From: Isurus oxyrinchus | Taxonomy: Eukaryota | DNA length: 64,000 bases | Assembly: GCA_026770705.1 (NCBI GenBank) | Contig: JANJGN010000034.1 | Span: 6,200,001-6,264,000, forward strand | Direction of reading: 5' to 3' | Shown: positions 39,405 to 52,765 of the stretch, in pieces | How the letters are laid out: each line of letters opens with the position of its first letter | How positions within the stretch are numbered: position 1 is the stretch's first letter | Position numbers and translations under genes: made by a program | The notes under the pieces: model-generated | Databases searched by the model: none | What the model saw: only the letters and a program-made list of their open reading frames with translations | Told to the model about the DNA's origin: nothing

Positions 39405-40555
39405 GATCCGAAGTGATGTGGAATACTCAGCATTCCTGGCATCATCTGTGGAAAGTGGAACAGGGTTAACGTTTCAAGTCTATATGACTCTTCTTCAGAG
39501 CTGACGAGACGTAGAAATGTAATTGATTTACACTGTCGAAGAGAAGGGATGGAGCAGGTGGAGCAAAGTAATGGATCAGGGATAGGGGCAGCTAGGCGGA
39601 GATTTGGCAAAGTTATAATGGGACAAGAATCAGGGCGTGTTCATGATAGTCTTAAAGACTCAGACATTTGTTAAACGTTGCATGAAGAGGTAGCAGAATG
39701 GGTTATTAGCAGAGCTAGGCTCACCGCTTTCTCAAAGCCAAACATAAGAACAGGTTACAGAGTGACCTTGTGGATGGAGTGAGATTGGGAAAATATCAAC
39801 ATGGACGCGAGAGTTAATTACCTGAATTTGTTGAACTCATTATTAAGTGCAGAAGCCTGTGAATTGCCAAATCAAATGATGACGTGTTGTTCCTCTCGTT
39901 TGTTCTGGGGAACAGGAAGAACAACACCTCATCTTCTGAATGGGTATTTTACAGCCTTCTGCACTTAACATTGATCTCAACAACTTCAGGTCGTGAACTC
40001 TGCCCTCCATGTTGATACTTTCGCCCCAGATTCCCACCCCACCCCCCACACTCCAGCGGCTCCCGCTCCACAACCACCGCACACCGGCCCCCACAACCCC
40101 ACACAACATCACCACACCCCACCCCACCCCACCTAGCAACCAAGGCCAGTCGGTAACTCATTCTTACGTGTCAGAATCTTGCATAACAAAGGAGCCAAGA
40201 TCCTTGTTCTGCCAAAAACAAGTTCCCCTGTCTGACCTCTATGTCACTCTCAGAACCTTCCTTAGTCTGTATCCTTATCATTACCATGCCCTTTATCTTG
40301 TATCCTGAGATCGCTGTCAAATCTCTCCTGAGCTTCCACGTATTCCTGACCTTCTACTTTGCTCCACCTGTTTCTCAACCTTTTTTCAACAATATAAAAC
40401 CCATGCCAATATTACCTCTATTCTGCTCTGATCAAGCGCAAAAAAATTCGAAACGTTAACTGTGTCCAATCACAGATGCCGCCAGCACAGCTGAGATTTT
40501 TTCCAGCATTTTATGTCTTTATTTAAGATTTCCAGCATCCATAGTCTTTTGCATT
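39405..40555. mobile_element. Large inverted-repeat Penelope-like element
   Basis: Both arms encode the GIY-YIG C-terminus: EEQHLIF*MGILQPSALNIDLNNF (+, from 39910) and EEQHVII*FGNSQASALNNEFNKF (-); hammerhead core ctgaagaagagtc...gacttgaaacgtt on the minus strand near 39465-39500. Confidence 0.8.
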
Positions 40556-40789
40556 TATTTGAGCTAAAATGTAAATAGATTTGCCTGAGCAGACGGATCG
40601 ATGCACAATTCTTCACTATGCATAATAACTGCACTCAAGTGATCATCCAATGTGTCAATTGACTCTGCCAAGTATGGCACGGGGTGGGAGAGGGAGCTTT
40701 AAAATGCTGCCATTTGCGTTGTTCCAGCTGCCTGCAGCCTCCAAGACTGAACACCTGACACTCCAGAGCTTCTTAGGCAGAAAGAATCT

Positions 40790-42705
40790 ATATAAGCCAA
40801 ATTTGTCGCTATTTCACAGCAGACTTTATTATTGGGCGTGCACGCGTGGCGAACCCGGAAGCTGTAAAAGCCGTCAACTTTCGGGTGCAGGATCCGTCTT
40901 CAGAGACCCACTGTATTATCCATCCCCTCGAACGGAATTTTACATTCCTAGGGTTTTACATTCACATCGAAGTCCACTAACTTTTGAAAAGCTTGCAGCA
41001 TTTTCCAACCCTGCCCCCGCTTCGATAGGGCTGTATAAATCCGTCCCAAAATGTCATATTTTATTGGCTACAGGACTGCTCATATGATTGAGGAGCGCGG
41101 CGTTTTGGGACATTGTTTCATTAACAGGACTCTCCTGTGAATAAGACTGATTTTATGGTTGATCATCTTCCATTCCTTTAAACAGGGCTGTGAAGTCTCT
41201 GAGATGGGAGGACGTTACGGACTCAGTTGCAGATATAACATCTACAGAAGACGAGAGAGAATTATGTGGACGGGAAGGGTGTCAAGAAAAAGAGGACACA
41301 GTGCGTCCCAGTTTGCTGCAGTTTTGCAGGAAGACAACAGGGTAGCGCCAGACCCAGGCGAAGGGGGGAAACGTAGATTTGCACAATGGAGGCGCAGAAG
41401 ATTCTCTGCTGCCCAAAGAGTTCAAAGGCACGGATTTAGCTCTGCTGGAGAAGGCGTGGGATTTCAAGTGCCACTGTAACCTCACCTTATGACGTCCTCG
41501 CAAATGAGATCTAATCCATCAGGGTTAAAGCCCAGCAGATGCCTGTCCCATTGAAGGTCACATTGAAACTGAACGCCTTCTCAGCAGGCTCAGTTACAGA
41601 ACCTCTGTAGATCTAAGTGGGATAGCGCAGCATGCTGCGCACCATTTCTGAAAGGCATTAACAGATGCAATGTTGTGGAGAGCAGGGAATGACTTCCCAA
41701 TCAAGCAGTTTATTCAGAGTCAAATGGATGGAGCCTCAGTTTAGTTTAGTGTCATGTTTCACACCATGAACGTCCAAACCAGCAGTGTATAACCAGACCA
41801 TTTCTTGAAATTCACAATTACATGTTCTAGGTGAGGTCTGTTCCTGTGGAAACATGATGCATTTGCTGTGCAGCAAACTTAAGTTATCTCCTGCATTCGC
41901 TAGCGTGACCTTTAGCACACGAGGCTGGGAATGATTTTACAGATACCAACGCACCCTGGCCGAAATCATGACGTCAATCAGCTTTGTGTTGCACTGCGAC
42001 CAACTGCTTCTCGCCACAACCACACTGGTGACTTCTTCAGTGTGTTCCTCCTATCTAGTTTGAATCCAGTTGCTTGTCTCCTTTTGCCTGCAGTTGACAT
42101 GACCTGGTCACGTTGCTCAGAAACTGCAGTCTGTGGGGCACCCACCGCGGCTTCACTTTATCTGGGGGCTGGTTTGGTCCTTCTGGAACACCTCTCCGCT
42201 TGCTGCATTGGAAAAGAGCGATATGGAAAATGGTAGAAAAAGTATAATTCCTCAGTGCCAAATGTTGGGGAAAATGCCGTATTTTAGTCAAATTTCTTCC
42301 ATTGTTAGTATTGACATGATTTACAAAGATTAGGAAAATGTAAATACACTTCACGGGCCAGAAAGGAAAATGCATAATTTTTCTCTCAGCTTTGTAAATC
42401 CAGGATATTGATCTGATGGAACACCTGACACAGTTTGGTGCCTGGAAGACCTTGTTTTTGCTGCTTCAGATCTTATTACGGTCATGGCCTGCAGCCATTC
42501 AGAGTGGCCTTTCGGCTCTCCATCACTTATTTGGCGGAGTGGGGGTCGATAACACGCCCCCACCATTAATTTACGGCAAAAATCATATAATCGTTCGAGC
42601 GTTTCTGCCAGCCCACATGTTCAAACGCCGCAAACTTCCGAGTGTGAACCTGCTGTCGGCTCCCGAACTTATCCACGGTTTCGGTGGACCTTCAATTCTG
42701 CCTTA
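40790..42705 (+). mobile_element. Internally deleted two-gene Harbinger element
   Basis: + transposase MPVPLKVTLKLNAFSAGS..DLSGIAQHAAH..LTDAMLWRAG..HDAF; convergent minus-strand Myb/SANT-like EEVTSVVVARSSWSQCNTKLIDVMISAR (41955-42050). Confidence 0.7.
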
Positions 42706-42754
42706 CTCCAAGTCTCCCATTCTCATGCTTCCACCATCAGATTTTTATTTTCTT

Positions 42755-43080
42755 CTTATTCTTTCATGGGATGTAGGCATCCTTGGCTCGGCCAGAAATT
42801 TTTACCCATGCCTAATAGCCCTTGAGTAGGAAGCCACCTTTTTGAACAGCTGTAGTCCATTGGTGCAACTGCATCCAGAATGTTTTAGGGAGTACCTTCC
42901 ACCTTATTGACCCAGCCACGGTGAAGGAAGAGCGATATTGTTCGAACTCAGGATGATTTTTGATTTGGAGAGGTACTTGCAGGTGACGCTGTTTGTGGGT
43001 GCCTGCTGTCCTTATTCATCTGGTTGGTTTTGGACATGGGTTTGGAAGATGCTGTCAAAGGGACATTTGTTATATGCTGC
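42755..43080 (-). mobile_element. LINE-B 3' end
   Basis: Reverse complement of the LINE-B tail (ttcatgggatgtaggcatc...cccttgag). Confidence 0.65.
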
Positions 43081-43091
43081 ACTACGTAAGA

Positions 43092-43570
43092 CCATAAGAT
43101 CATCAGACATAGGAGGAGAAATTAGATTATTCGGTGCACCAATTCTGTTCCGCCATTCAATCATGGCTGATAAGTTTCACATCTCCATTCTCCCACCGTC
43201 TTCCCATAACTTTGATCCACTTATCAATCCAGAACTTATTTATCTTGGTCTTAAATGCATTCAATATCCTGGCCTCCACAACCAGCTGTGGTAATCACAA
43301 CTCTATGGCATAAGATGTTCCTCCTAATCTCTTTTCTAAATTGTCTTGCCTTTACTGTGAGGCTGTGCACTCGAGACCTAGTCTCTCCTGCTAAGTGAAA
43401 CATCTTCCCCACGTCCACTCTATCCAGGCATTTCATTATTCTGTATGTTTCAATCAGATCTCCCTCTTCCTTCTAAATTCCATCGAGTATAGACCCTGAG
43501 TCCTCAAACGTTTCTCATTTGTTTAGCCTATCATTCCTGGGCTCATTTTCGTGACCCTCTCCAGGGTCAT
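43092..43570 (-). mobile_element. CR1/HER1-like 3' fragment
   Basis: LDRVDVGKMFHLAGETRSRVHSLTVKARQFRKEIRRN. Confidence 0.85.
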
Positions 43571-43884
43571 CCTAAAGATGATCAGCGCTCCTGCCAATAT
43601 GTGTCAATGCTGGGGCAAGTGGATTGTGAAGGTGGTGACTGGGCCCTCATTATTTCCAATATCTCCTGTTTAAATCGCTCGTGCTGACCAAACCCACAGA
43701 CAGATTCTGAGAAAGCCAATCCTAATAACACGGTGCGCCATATTCAAAATGTATTTGATGATCTCGGTGTGATGAGCCTTACATTGTTTTGCCACTTCAA
43801 TGTTGCGATTCAAAAACGAATCGTTGATATTTGCATTAATTCCTGCCGCTCCGCCACCCGCCCCCAACCCCTTTTAACTTACAG

Positions 43885-43911
43885 ATGAGGAATCACGGGA
43901 AAAAGATTCAG
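43885..43911 (+). CDS. Micro-exon E2 (27 nt): DEESREKDS
   Basis: cttttaacttacag|ATGAGGAATCACGGGAAAAAGATTCAG|gtaagt. Confidence 0.85.
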
Positions 43912-44029
43912 GTAAGTTTAGGTAATCATAGCAACTGACTTACTCAATGTGAGTTCTGCCTCCTTTAATCGTCTCACTTCATTTGAGGGACAGAGATTTA
44001 TTTTATTACATGGGGTGGGATCCATGAAT

Positions 44030-44370
44030 TGAGCATGTTACAAACTGACTGATTGGCATCAGAGTGCTTTTGAAGTGCAGTCACTGTTTAAGTGTGGGAG
44101 GGTTGTCACGCAAGTATGCACTTCAATGTCCCTTGAAAGTCAATGAGTTTACAATATTTCCCGTGATGTAAATTCTGAGGGCTAGGCTTCGTATCCATAG
44201 AAATTAATGTAGTTGTGACTTTGGCCTAGTGAACCTTTTGAAAGATGGAATTTCTGACAGACTCTAATTCCTTCAGTATGGAACGATGTTTCGTCATCAA
44301 TATTGATGTTGAATCGAGGGAGTGGGATTTGAGCCTATGGACTTCCCATTCTGAGGCTACATAATGTGCA
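44030..44370 (-). mobile_element. Deu-domain SINE
   Basis: cttttgaagtgcagtcactgt, gaaagatggaatttctgacag and ggagtgggatttgagcc motifs. Confidence 0.5.
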
Positions 44371-45333
44371 GTGATTAGCATGGATGTAATTTAATGTTCC
44401 CTCCTTATGGATGTGGAGGATGGGGTGGTGTGTAGTGCTATATAATCAGATGGAAGAGTGCATCTGGTGATCCACTGCCTTCCCATTTACCCCCGCCCCA
44501 CACACTACATCAATTTCTGGGAGGGAAAGAGGGAGGGAGGGCTTCCCACGAGAAGTCCTATTGAGGTCATTATGTAGTCAGCTAAAACCATTTAATGTTC
44601 CCACGCTGCCACAGCATGTTTTCATCCAGCAGTGGGTAGGCAAATAGCCATTCTGCAAAGATGCCCAGAAACCTCCATTGGGTTTACCTGTGACTTAAAG
44701 GGAGTGTGGCAATCCTTTGATTTCAGGAAATCAGATCGAGAGAATCGGCACTGGAAGTGGAGGTGGTGGTGATTGTTAGCGGGGTGGTCGGACGGGAGGC
44801 GGAAGGTGCTGCGTTGCAAACTTCATACACGTTGTCAGTATTGGCTACCCCTATCTCATTGAGACTTACCCTTCCTGCAGGATTCCTACGGGGATCCCTG
44901 GTGAGGGCGCATACTGGCAATGCCAAGCCTGCCAGTGCTGGTGCTGATGGCACTGGAGGGCTGCCTGTGTCGGATTGGTTAACACAACTCAGGAAGGATG
45001 GGGGAAATGGGCGCTACTTCCATTTGCTTATGGTTTAATATAAATGTAGGCCTGGAAATGCCTAGTTAAGTTTTGTATTATTTTTGAAATAGTGCAGCTC
45101 ATCTGGAAAAGATTGACACAGGAATCCCACTGTTATTCCAGGGGGTGGGTGGACAACACTTCACATAATTAACTCTTCCTAATGAAAATGTCTACAGACA
45201 TCAGTCGCCAATGTATTCACTGTGCCTTCTTAAAATTTGCAACATTGGTATATTAAAGCAGGAATAAGGTAATGCATCTACAATTCCAGCTGAGATACAA
45301 ACAATCGATTTTTATTTCATTTATTCATCACAG

Positions 45334-45369
45334 AAATAACCGCTTTGAATAAAAACCTACAAGACGCAG
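45334..45369 (+). CDS. Micro-exon F2 (36 nt): EITALNKNLQDA
   Basis: catttattcatcacag|AAATAACCGCTTTGAATAAAAACCTACAAGACGCAG|gtgaga. Confidence 0.87.
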
Positions 45370-47424
45370 GTGAGAACAATAATTAAGTAATAAAATCGAA
45401 GAGCATTGGTAATTTGACCCAACCCTTAATCTACCTTTCTGTGCGAGCACAGGAGAACTGTCATCAAACTCTCTTTGCCTGCTCTGCAGCCGAGCCGTTG
45501 TCAAAATAAATTCCAAAACATAGACACCTCTGCATGCTGAATTGCTTCCTAACTTCAATTTGAAAAATGTCCAACACTGTTATTTACCCAACACTCCTTC
45601 TCCTACGCTCACCAACCAGGGAAACTTATTTGTGCCTATCTACTCCTTCAGCTTTCCGAACATTTTGGAAACTTTGATCAAATCAAACTTCAACTTATTA
45701 ATTTGCAGAAGATATAATAACAGTTCCTCTAAACTATTCTATTACTTTGGAGTCCTGCTATAATTCTGCTCACTGTACTTTGAACTCCCTCCCAATACAG
45801 CAGGCCATTATGAAAGTGCTATTTTCAGAACTGGCCAGATCAATCAAAGTTTGCTGTAACTGAAACTTTTATATTTCGGGCATGATGTTCAGCTCCTTAT
45901 TCGCTTGCCACTCAGATAGCAGGACAAAAATATTTCATTTGTCTCGTTGATAATTTTCCACAACTACTGGTGACTTTTCAATGATCTATGTGTATGCGCC
46001 AATATGGCAACTGGGATTCCAGATTTTTTAAGTTGTTAACCAGTTGAAACGTACCGTAAATGATACATTTTTCATCGGAAGTGGGTTACCTCACGCTTAT
46101 GCACTGAAAACTCTTTGATAATATATTCCTATTTACTATATGTATCAACATCTATTTCTGATCTCATGTCTCCATCCATGTTGCTTATTTTACTTGCAAA
46201 CTGCGTGTCAGCAGCAAAATTGCCCTTCTGTCTACGCATTATGCCGTGTAAGATGCTTGTGATTGCATGAATCGTCACGCTTTGCCAATTTTAACATCGC
46301 TGTTCTTTTTAACATTCAACCCGTTTTATAGCCCAGCCAATGGATCGTCCTAAATACCATGAGTTTAAGTTGTAGCTAAAAATCACAAATGTGACACTTC
46401 ATCACACAACTTCAGGATATAAATGGAAGCAATGTCAATTGTCAATAGCTCGGATCTTCACAGTAGCAGCAGCGGTAGTTGGATTTCCTCTGCACTCGAA
46501 AACTCCCCCGACATGACACTGTTGCATTAACAGAAATTCCCAGTCCAAAGTCCCCACTCCCACAGAGCCCAGTAGAGTCGGGCAAAGATCGGACACAGCT
46601 GACTGTGGTAATTTTAAAGGTCTGGTCTTGGATTGTTAGTGGATAAGGGAATGGACGTCTGGGTGAATGGGTTAATGGCCGAGTGAGTTAAAGTGTTGAG
46701 TTTCCTTACACAAACTGACCAATCAACATACAGGTTTGGTAAGCTGCAAGAAGGTTTCATTTATTGGAAGGCTGCAACTATGGAATGTTGTGATGTTAAT
46801 TTTCTTTACATATCCAAATGATGTACACATGCAATCTAGAGACCGTCATAGAAAGCCACACGCGACCAGCAATCTTTTAATGCAAACTCAAAGCAGCTGA
46901 TATTGTGACTAATACTGGTTGTTAAATGCTGGATAGCTCACCAAACAACCCTATTATATGGATTCTGCAAGCGCCATTATTCCCAGTGGAATTAAAAACT
47001 TCCACACAGCCTGCTGGTTACATGCTGCTTTATTGTCCTTGGAATACATGTGTGCATCATTTGTATTTGTTTAAAATATTATTCACAACTGCTTCTTAAT
47101 GGATTATGAAGCAAACATTAAGAGTAAATAAATATATACAGGTCGTTTGCTAAAACATATTACACAATTGATTTTTCTCTGTTTACCATTTGAGATTGTA
47201 AGCGTCCTTACAATATAAATATGGTTTAATGACTGTCCTGGATCTCCTAACGGTACAACCTTCCTCAAATCAAGATGGATCATACCAAAGTTCTTGACTC
47301 ATGGGAACATTGACATTGTGTGTATTAGCAGAGTGCTGATTGTCTCGCATGCTTCCACTTTGCGGGTTCATCCTTGGTTATTTTCAAGATGTAATTGGAG
47401 TGTTGGGTATTATATATTTGGGTA

Positions 47425-49360
47425 ATAATTTGTGCTGACTGGTAAGGGTGATAGAATACCTTATCGAGATGGAGTGTGACATAGTTGATTCTGAGGCTTG
47501 CGTGCTCAATCTTAATAAAGGAAACTACATTGTTATGAGGCACGAGTTGCTTATGATGGATTGGGAAACGTTACTTATAGGGATGAGGGTGGAAAGGCAA
47601 TGGCAAGCATTCAAAGAGTGCAGGGGTGAATTGCAACAAGTGTCTATTCCTGCCTGGTGCCAAAGTAAAACAGGAAAGTTGGCCAAACCATGGACTATCA
47701 GGGAAATTAGAGGTAGTACTAGATGCAAGGGAGAGGTACACAAATTGGCCAACTAAATACAACAGGCCAGAGGATTGGGAGCAGTTAAGAATTCAGCAAA
47801 GGAAGGCTAAGGTGTTAATTCAGAAGGGGGAAATAGTTTACCAGAATAAACTCGCAGGGAGCATTATAACTGAATGTAAGCATTTCCATTGGTAGGTTTA
47901 GAGAAGAAATTTGGAGAAGTCTAATATCATTACAGTCAGAAACAGGGGAATTTATCACATATATACAAAGAAATGGCTGACCAAAAAAATACATACTTTG
48001 GTACTGTCTACACAAAGAAGGACACTAATAACGTTGCAGAAACGTTGGGGGAAACAGAGTTTAGTGAAAGAGAGGAACTGAAAGAAATCATTATTGGTAA
48101 CAAAATGGTGTTGGGGAAATTAATGGGACTGAATGCCTGTAAATTCCCAAGGCCTGATAATAGTGCACTTAGGGAAGTGGCCCTAGAAATAGTGAATGCA
48201 TTGATGGTCATCCTCTGAGATTCTATATACTCTGGAATAGTTCCTACAGATTGGAGCATAGCTAATGTAACAACACTATTTAAAAAGGGAGGCAGAGAGA
48301 AAACAGGGAATTATAGACCGGTCAGCCTGACGTGGGAAAAAATCTAGAGTCCATTAAAAAAGATTGAATTGTTGAGCACGTGGTAAACAATGGCACAATC
48401 GGACAGAGTCATCGCGGATTTGTGAAAAGGAAATCATGCTTGACAAATCTACTGGACCTTTTCTGTGAGGAAGATGCAGAGATGTTTCTGTATAATTTGG
48501 ACAGCTGAGTGCATAGGCAACTGTATGGCAGTTGCAGTTTAATGTAGATAAGAGAGAGATTATCCATTTTGCCACCAAAAACAGGAAGGCAGATTATTAT
48601 CTGAATGGCTATGATTTGAGACAGGGGAATGTGCAACGATACGTGGTTGTCCTTGTCAACCACTCGCTGAAGGTAAGCATGCAGGTGCAGCAAGTGGTAA
48701 AGAAGGCAAGTGGTATTTTTTCCTGCATTGCCAGAGGATTCGAATACAGGAACAAGGATTTCTTGCTGCAATTCTACAGGGCCATGCTGAGGTGATACCT
48801 GGAATATTGTGAGCAGTTTTGATCTCCTTAATGCTGAGGAAGGATGTATTTGCTACGGAGAGAGTGCAGCGAGGGTTTATCAGTTTGATGCCTGGGATGG
48901 CGGGACTGACATATGAGGGGTGAGTGAGTCGATTGGGATTATATTCGCTGGAGTTCAGATGAATGAGAGGGCATTTCATAGAAACCTATGAAATGCTGAC
49001 ATATCTAGACAGGGTAGATGCAGGAAGAATGTTCATGATGATGGGGGAGTCCAGAACGAAGGGTCACAGTATCAGGATATGGGGTAAACCATTTAAGACT
49101 GAGATGAGGAGAAATTTCATCACCCAGTCAGTGGTGAGCCTGTGGAATTCGTTACCACAGAAAGTAGTTTTGACCAAAATATTGTATGTTTTCAAAAAGG
49201 GGTTAGATATAGCTCTTCTGGCAAAAGGGAGCAAAGGGTAAGGGGAGAAGTCTGGCGCACTCTATTGAGTTGGATGATCAGCCATGATCAGAATTAACCA
49301 CGGAGCAGGCTCAAAGGGCCGAATGGCAGACTCCTGCTCCTATTTTCAATGTTTTGTTGT
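47425..49360 (+). mobile_element. CR1/HER1-like LINE, 5'-truncated, with the RT core deleted
   Basis: DWSIANVTTLFKKGGREKTGNYRPVSLT, GFVKRKSCLTNLL, QFNVDK, IARGFEYRNK, LDRVDAGRMF; 3' tail gatcagccatgatc...ctcctgctcctat. Confidence 0.92.
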
Positions 49361-49499
49361 ATCTACACCGCATGTCCTTCAGAGATTAGGAAGGCAACTC
49401 ACTACCACCTTCTCAAAGGCAATTAGGGTTTGACAATAAATGCTGGCCTACCCAGCGATGCCCATATCCCTGAAATGAATATTAATAAGGAATTTTTCC

Positions 49500-51300
49500 G
49501 CCTAGCGATGGAGACATGTGTTTTACACCTTGGAGCTTGCCTCTGTCAACCAGGCCTCTCTTGCTGTTGAATCTGTGTACATCGAGGTAAAGCTGCCATC
49601 GTTCTTGACCACACATTTTGTCCATATTCTACTTCGATTTTGCCAATTACCACAAAATCATCGTCCTTTGATTGGCATCCCGTAACATTTTCTACCCATT
49701 TCTTCACATGCAGCTGGAAGATATCCTAAGTATGGATAAGAAAAAAATAAGTTTGGAAGCAGCATTTTCGGAATGGTTTCCTGAAAGCAAATATTTATTG
49801 GTGCCCCTCGTCCAGATGAACTAACGAATGCCTGATTTTGATGCTCACCTTGGATAACATTCTGTGCTTCAAATTTGGAATTCAATTCCTATAAGACCAG
49901 CTCCTCAAAACAAGGTTTAGACGTCTTGGGGGCAAGCATATCCAGATTTGCCATCCTATTGACAGAGATTCCCCCGTCGGTGTGCTGACTCGACAGCTGA
50001 AACAATTACATTCTCTTTCATTCAAGTTCCTGTGTTCCTTCTCCTTTGAGTGCAAAGTGCATTTTCAAAGATGGTCAATCGACAGGAAAGCCTCTTTCCT
50101 GACTTGTGTTACAGAATCACTTCTGACTTTCCCTATAGTTTCAAACCTGCCTAGGTATAATTTTGTACCTAATGAAGTGAACCAGTATCAATGTCCTGCG
50201 TACATTTTGAATTGGTGATCTCGTTCATTATCACAGCATTTGTTTCCATGGACGCCATTTATCCTACTACAGCAACTCTGCCCCTGTCCACCAAGAGATT
50301 ACTTGTGGCTCGCCTGCGGACTCACTTAACTGTGTTTCACTCCTAATGTCCCAAAGCAATGAAAGGTCTGTGTCATTATCCGTAATTAGTTTGGCTTTCT
50401 TGTTAGCTTTCTAGATGAAGGTATCTACAAAGTTCATCTTCACCCTGGCCACTAAGTTGGTGATTCGGTGTTTCCTTATGTAAATCTCTCACACACTCCA
50501 TCGTTCTTCTTTCAGAATGCTGGAAATAATTTTTGCTTGCTTTCATTTTATTGCGAACTCTGGTCAGGACTGAGCAACCATATTTCCTGCATTTGCGAGC
50601 CCAGTGGCTGATTCCAGCAAAACCCTTGGGAAGAGTTTGGAAGGCAGGATGCAAGTGGGTACAGAAGTCTAAGCTTCTTACATGGGTTGCTTGCATTCTG
50701 CTTCTTTGCTGCTGCACCAACAGTGCATCGAATGCTTGCACGTGTCGTTCACCACCCAAAAAGGCATCATATTCTCTGCTGTTATTTAGCACTTTAACAT
50801 GTTTGTATTCTTTCATTTTCTCACAATGCTCTTTCTGGGGGAGTCCAAATCGCGTTGACCCTATAACTAGCTCTGATATGTGTTTACACAACTCAAATTA
50901 CTAAAAGGTAAAATTCTTGCCCTTACCCTAGTAAGTGGGAAGCTGATCAATCGATTACTGCAGCTGTTGTCTTTAAACTCTCAACTCTCATCTGTGTATT
51001 CCAAAATTCATTTTTACATGAAGCTGGTCCTCCAGCACGTAAGCAGTTTCATAGGGTTTTTCTGGTCCTCCGCAAGCAAGACCAAAATGTTAACAATTTG
51101 CAACCTCTCATTACAAACAGTTATCCTTATTTAATTTCCTTTACTTCTTTATATTTATCGGGTTACGTGCTGGATAAACAAAAAAAAAAGCATTACTCCA
51201 ACGCTTGCTTAATTAGCCCAAATTCAACTGCACTCATGTGGCCTCCCCAAGCATCCTGGAATATCTCGTCACCATCTTCCTGATTTTGTCTGTACTTTAC
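49500..51300 (-). mobile_element. Gypsy-like LTR retrotransposon gag-protease remnant
   Basis: Minus strand VKMNFGIHR*EL..RQQ..SIDQ...ISELVIGST, zinc-knuckle remnant GISHWARKCRK, protease-like DIDTGS; many stops. Confidence 0.6.
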
Positions 51301-52738
51301 AGGTGGTCACGCCTCATAGGCAATTTCTGACCTCTCTAATTCACCGAGGGTTCAGAAATGCAGCGACTGTTGTAATCTTTACTCCTCCCTCATTGTTGGC
51401 TGCAGTTCAGGCTCTTGCAATTCATTTTCAAATGATGCCTTTTTCCTGCTCTTTGTGTTTTTTTTTTACCTCTGCATGCGAATGGCAGCCAAGAATATTT
51501 CAATGGTCTTCCAGCTTTTCTGCTCGATTGAAAGCCATGCACATCATGACTCTGAACAAACTTGTCACTTCCTTTCATTGCCAATCCTGCTCTCCCACAA
51601 ATTTGTAAAACACTCTCTGAAAAGGGACTCTGCTTTCTGAGAATCCAGGAACAAAGGGTATATAGCGCCAAATACTATCTGTGCTAGAGGATACCTAACC
51701 AACTACTCTAGTCTATAGACTCAGCAAACTTCATTACTCACAGCAACAGCAAGATCTGCAACTCAGGTGCACTGATAGAATTATGGTCACGAACGGTTTT
51801 AAATCATGTTACCCCTATGCCACATACACGTTATTTGCATATTCTCCTAAAGAGATATCACAACAGTCTGCATGTGAGTCAGTCGGTAATTAGGTGCTTG
51901 CGTAGTTGTTTGGTGGAGAGGTGAATGCTTGAGTAGTTGGGTGGAGAGGTGAGCAAGGTGGTTCTGTTGTTAAATGGGTAGGGGGATGGTGCAGACAAGT
52001 GGGTTGGTGACTACGGTGGGTTGGATGATTAGAATTTAGAATGCGTAGGTGTGTAGAGGCAGTAGTTATGTGGGATGGGTAATCTAATTAGGTTAGGAAT
52101 TTGGACAGTGGTTAGGCAGGAGGAGAGATAAGACAAGTGTATGCGTAGGAGCGTGGGGTGACCAAGTCCCAGTTTCGTCTTCTCTTACTTTTTTCAACTG
52201 CATTCGGTGTAGGTTAAGAGTGAATGTTTCCTGACATGTATCTTGCAACATCCTCTTAACTCATTTCATCATATTCTCTATCCGAATCTTCACCCAAGCA
52301 GGCCCATAAATTTCTACTCTTCATTGGAATGTACCTTAGCCTGTCCATTGAGCATTGCCTTCTGTAACAAGACCAGTTTGCCTATCCTTTTATTTTTTGC
52401 TTGCGGCTAATTCTCTAATTCACCGTGGCGAGGTCCCTTTCATCCCATTGTTGTGAGACTTTCATTTTCTAGGTTAGATTGTCTTTTAATACATAAGCAG
52501 TATTATATAAGAAAATCTAACTGAAATGGTGAGGTAAGCAGATTTAATAGAACATATTAAAAGGTAACTGGATAAATAATTGAATCATTCGAAAATGGAG
52601 AAAGAACAGGTAAGAGGGAATAGTGCAAAAATGCAGCATTGAAGTGAAAAGAAATATTCCTTAATCTTTTGTGGCAAGATCCCATTAATTGATTTCCTTC
52701 TCTTCCATTAACATATCCACTTAATCCATTTCTAACAG

Positions 52739-52765
52739 AAGAAAAACTAAGACAGAAACAGAAAG
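52739..52765 (+). CDS. Micro-exon G2 (27 nt): EEKLRQKQK
   Basis: ccatttctaacag|AAGAAAAACTAAGACAGAAACAGAAAG|gtaagg. Confidence 0.87.

Noticed and set aside
50403-50891. Longest ORF in the track (162 aa) as a host gene
   Set aside because: It sits in a stop-riddled, frameshifted Gypsy-like gag remnant, antisense within an intron.
46975-51863. Paired LTRs around the Gypsy-like remnant
   Set aside because: Only a few terminal bases resemble each other; no convincing alignment by eye.
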